From Candidatus Iainarchaeum sp. (GTDB taxonomy: Archaea > Iainarchaeota > Iainarchaeia > Iainarchaeales > GCA-2688035): a stretch of DNA of 15,974 nucleotides. The notes beneath the pieces are model-generated. The model was not told the origin of the DNA. It ran no database searches and was given only the letters and a program-made list of their open reading frames with translations. The stretch covers positions 1 to 15,974 of the forward strand of contig JAFCCO010000023.1 in NCBI GenBank assembly GCA_017610175.1, read 5' to 3'. How positions within the stretch are numbered: the stretch's first letter is position 1; the number at the start of each line of letters is the position of its first letter. Of the stretch, positions 15,630 through 15,974 are shown in pieces. The position numbers and the translations under genes are program-made.

Positions 15630-15970
15630 TGCTTCCGTCCAAAATCAAGTTTGTGGATAAAAAAGTCCAAAAGGCGTTTGAAGAACTTGAACACAGCGTG
15701 ACGGAGGGCAAGCAACTTTACAGGTTTCTAACCCAGGCACTTGAAAATCTTGAGAGAGATGCTTTTGCAGGAATTCAAATTCCCAAGAAGCAGATTCCAA
15801 AGGAGTATCTCAGGAAATACGGCATTGACAATTGCTGGAAATATAACCTGCCAAACGCCTGGAGGCTGCTTTATTCGGTCGGCAGGGGGGAAGTAATTGT
15901 TTTGAGCATTGTCCTTGAATGGCTTGACCACACTTCATACTCAAGAAAATTCGGGTACAAGAAAAAGTAG
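15626..15970 (+). CDS. RelE/ParE-fold putative toxin, 114 aa
   Basis: N-terminal strand plus two helices, then NCWKYNLPNAWRLLYSV...IVLEWLDHTSYSRKFGY. ATG 15626 overlaps the upstream TGA; GGAGG at 15613-15617. Confidence 0.72.
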   Translation: MMLPSKIKFVDKKVQKAFEELEHSVTEGKQLYRFLTQALENLERDAFAGIQIPKKQIPKEYLRKYGIDNCWKYNLPNAWRLLYSVGRGEVIVLSIVLEWLDHTSYSRKFGYKKK

Positions 15971-15974
15971 CAGG

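Overview
Compact archaeal chromosomal segment. The histone, S8e, Hef, archaeal Cmk and BRE/TATA promoters show it is archaeal; a DPANN lineage, possibly Iainarchaeota/Diapherotrites-like, is my inference. In order it holds: a large secreted two-LamG surface protein running off the left edge (minus strand, absent from the ORF track); cmk; a single-domain KaiC/RAD55 ATPase; an HMf-type histone; Hef encoded as two genes (helicase and ERCC4 nuclease); a short AglB/STT3-like membrane protein; a GH130 enzyme; an ABC-2 exporter with a long coiled-coil permease; rps8e; mscS; an AbiEi/AbiEii type IV toxin-antitoxin pair; a hidden 44-codon membrane ORF; and a putative wHTH plus RelE-like toxin-antitoxin pair. 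The most notable structure is a 34-bp direct repeat (33/34 identical) that is the 3' end of the small membrane ORF and brackets mscS-abiEi-abiEii like attL/attR, with no integrase in the window. Each toxin-antitoxin operon has an inverted-repeat operator candidate. All family calls come from motif recognition, not database searches.
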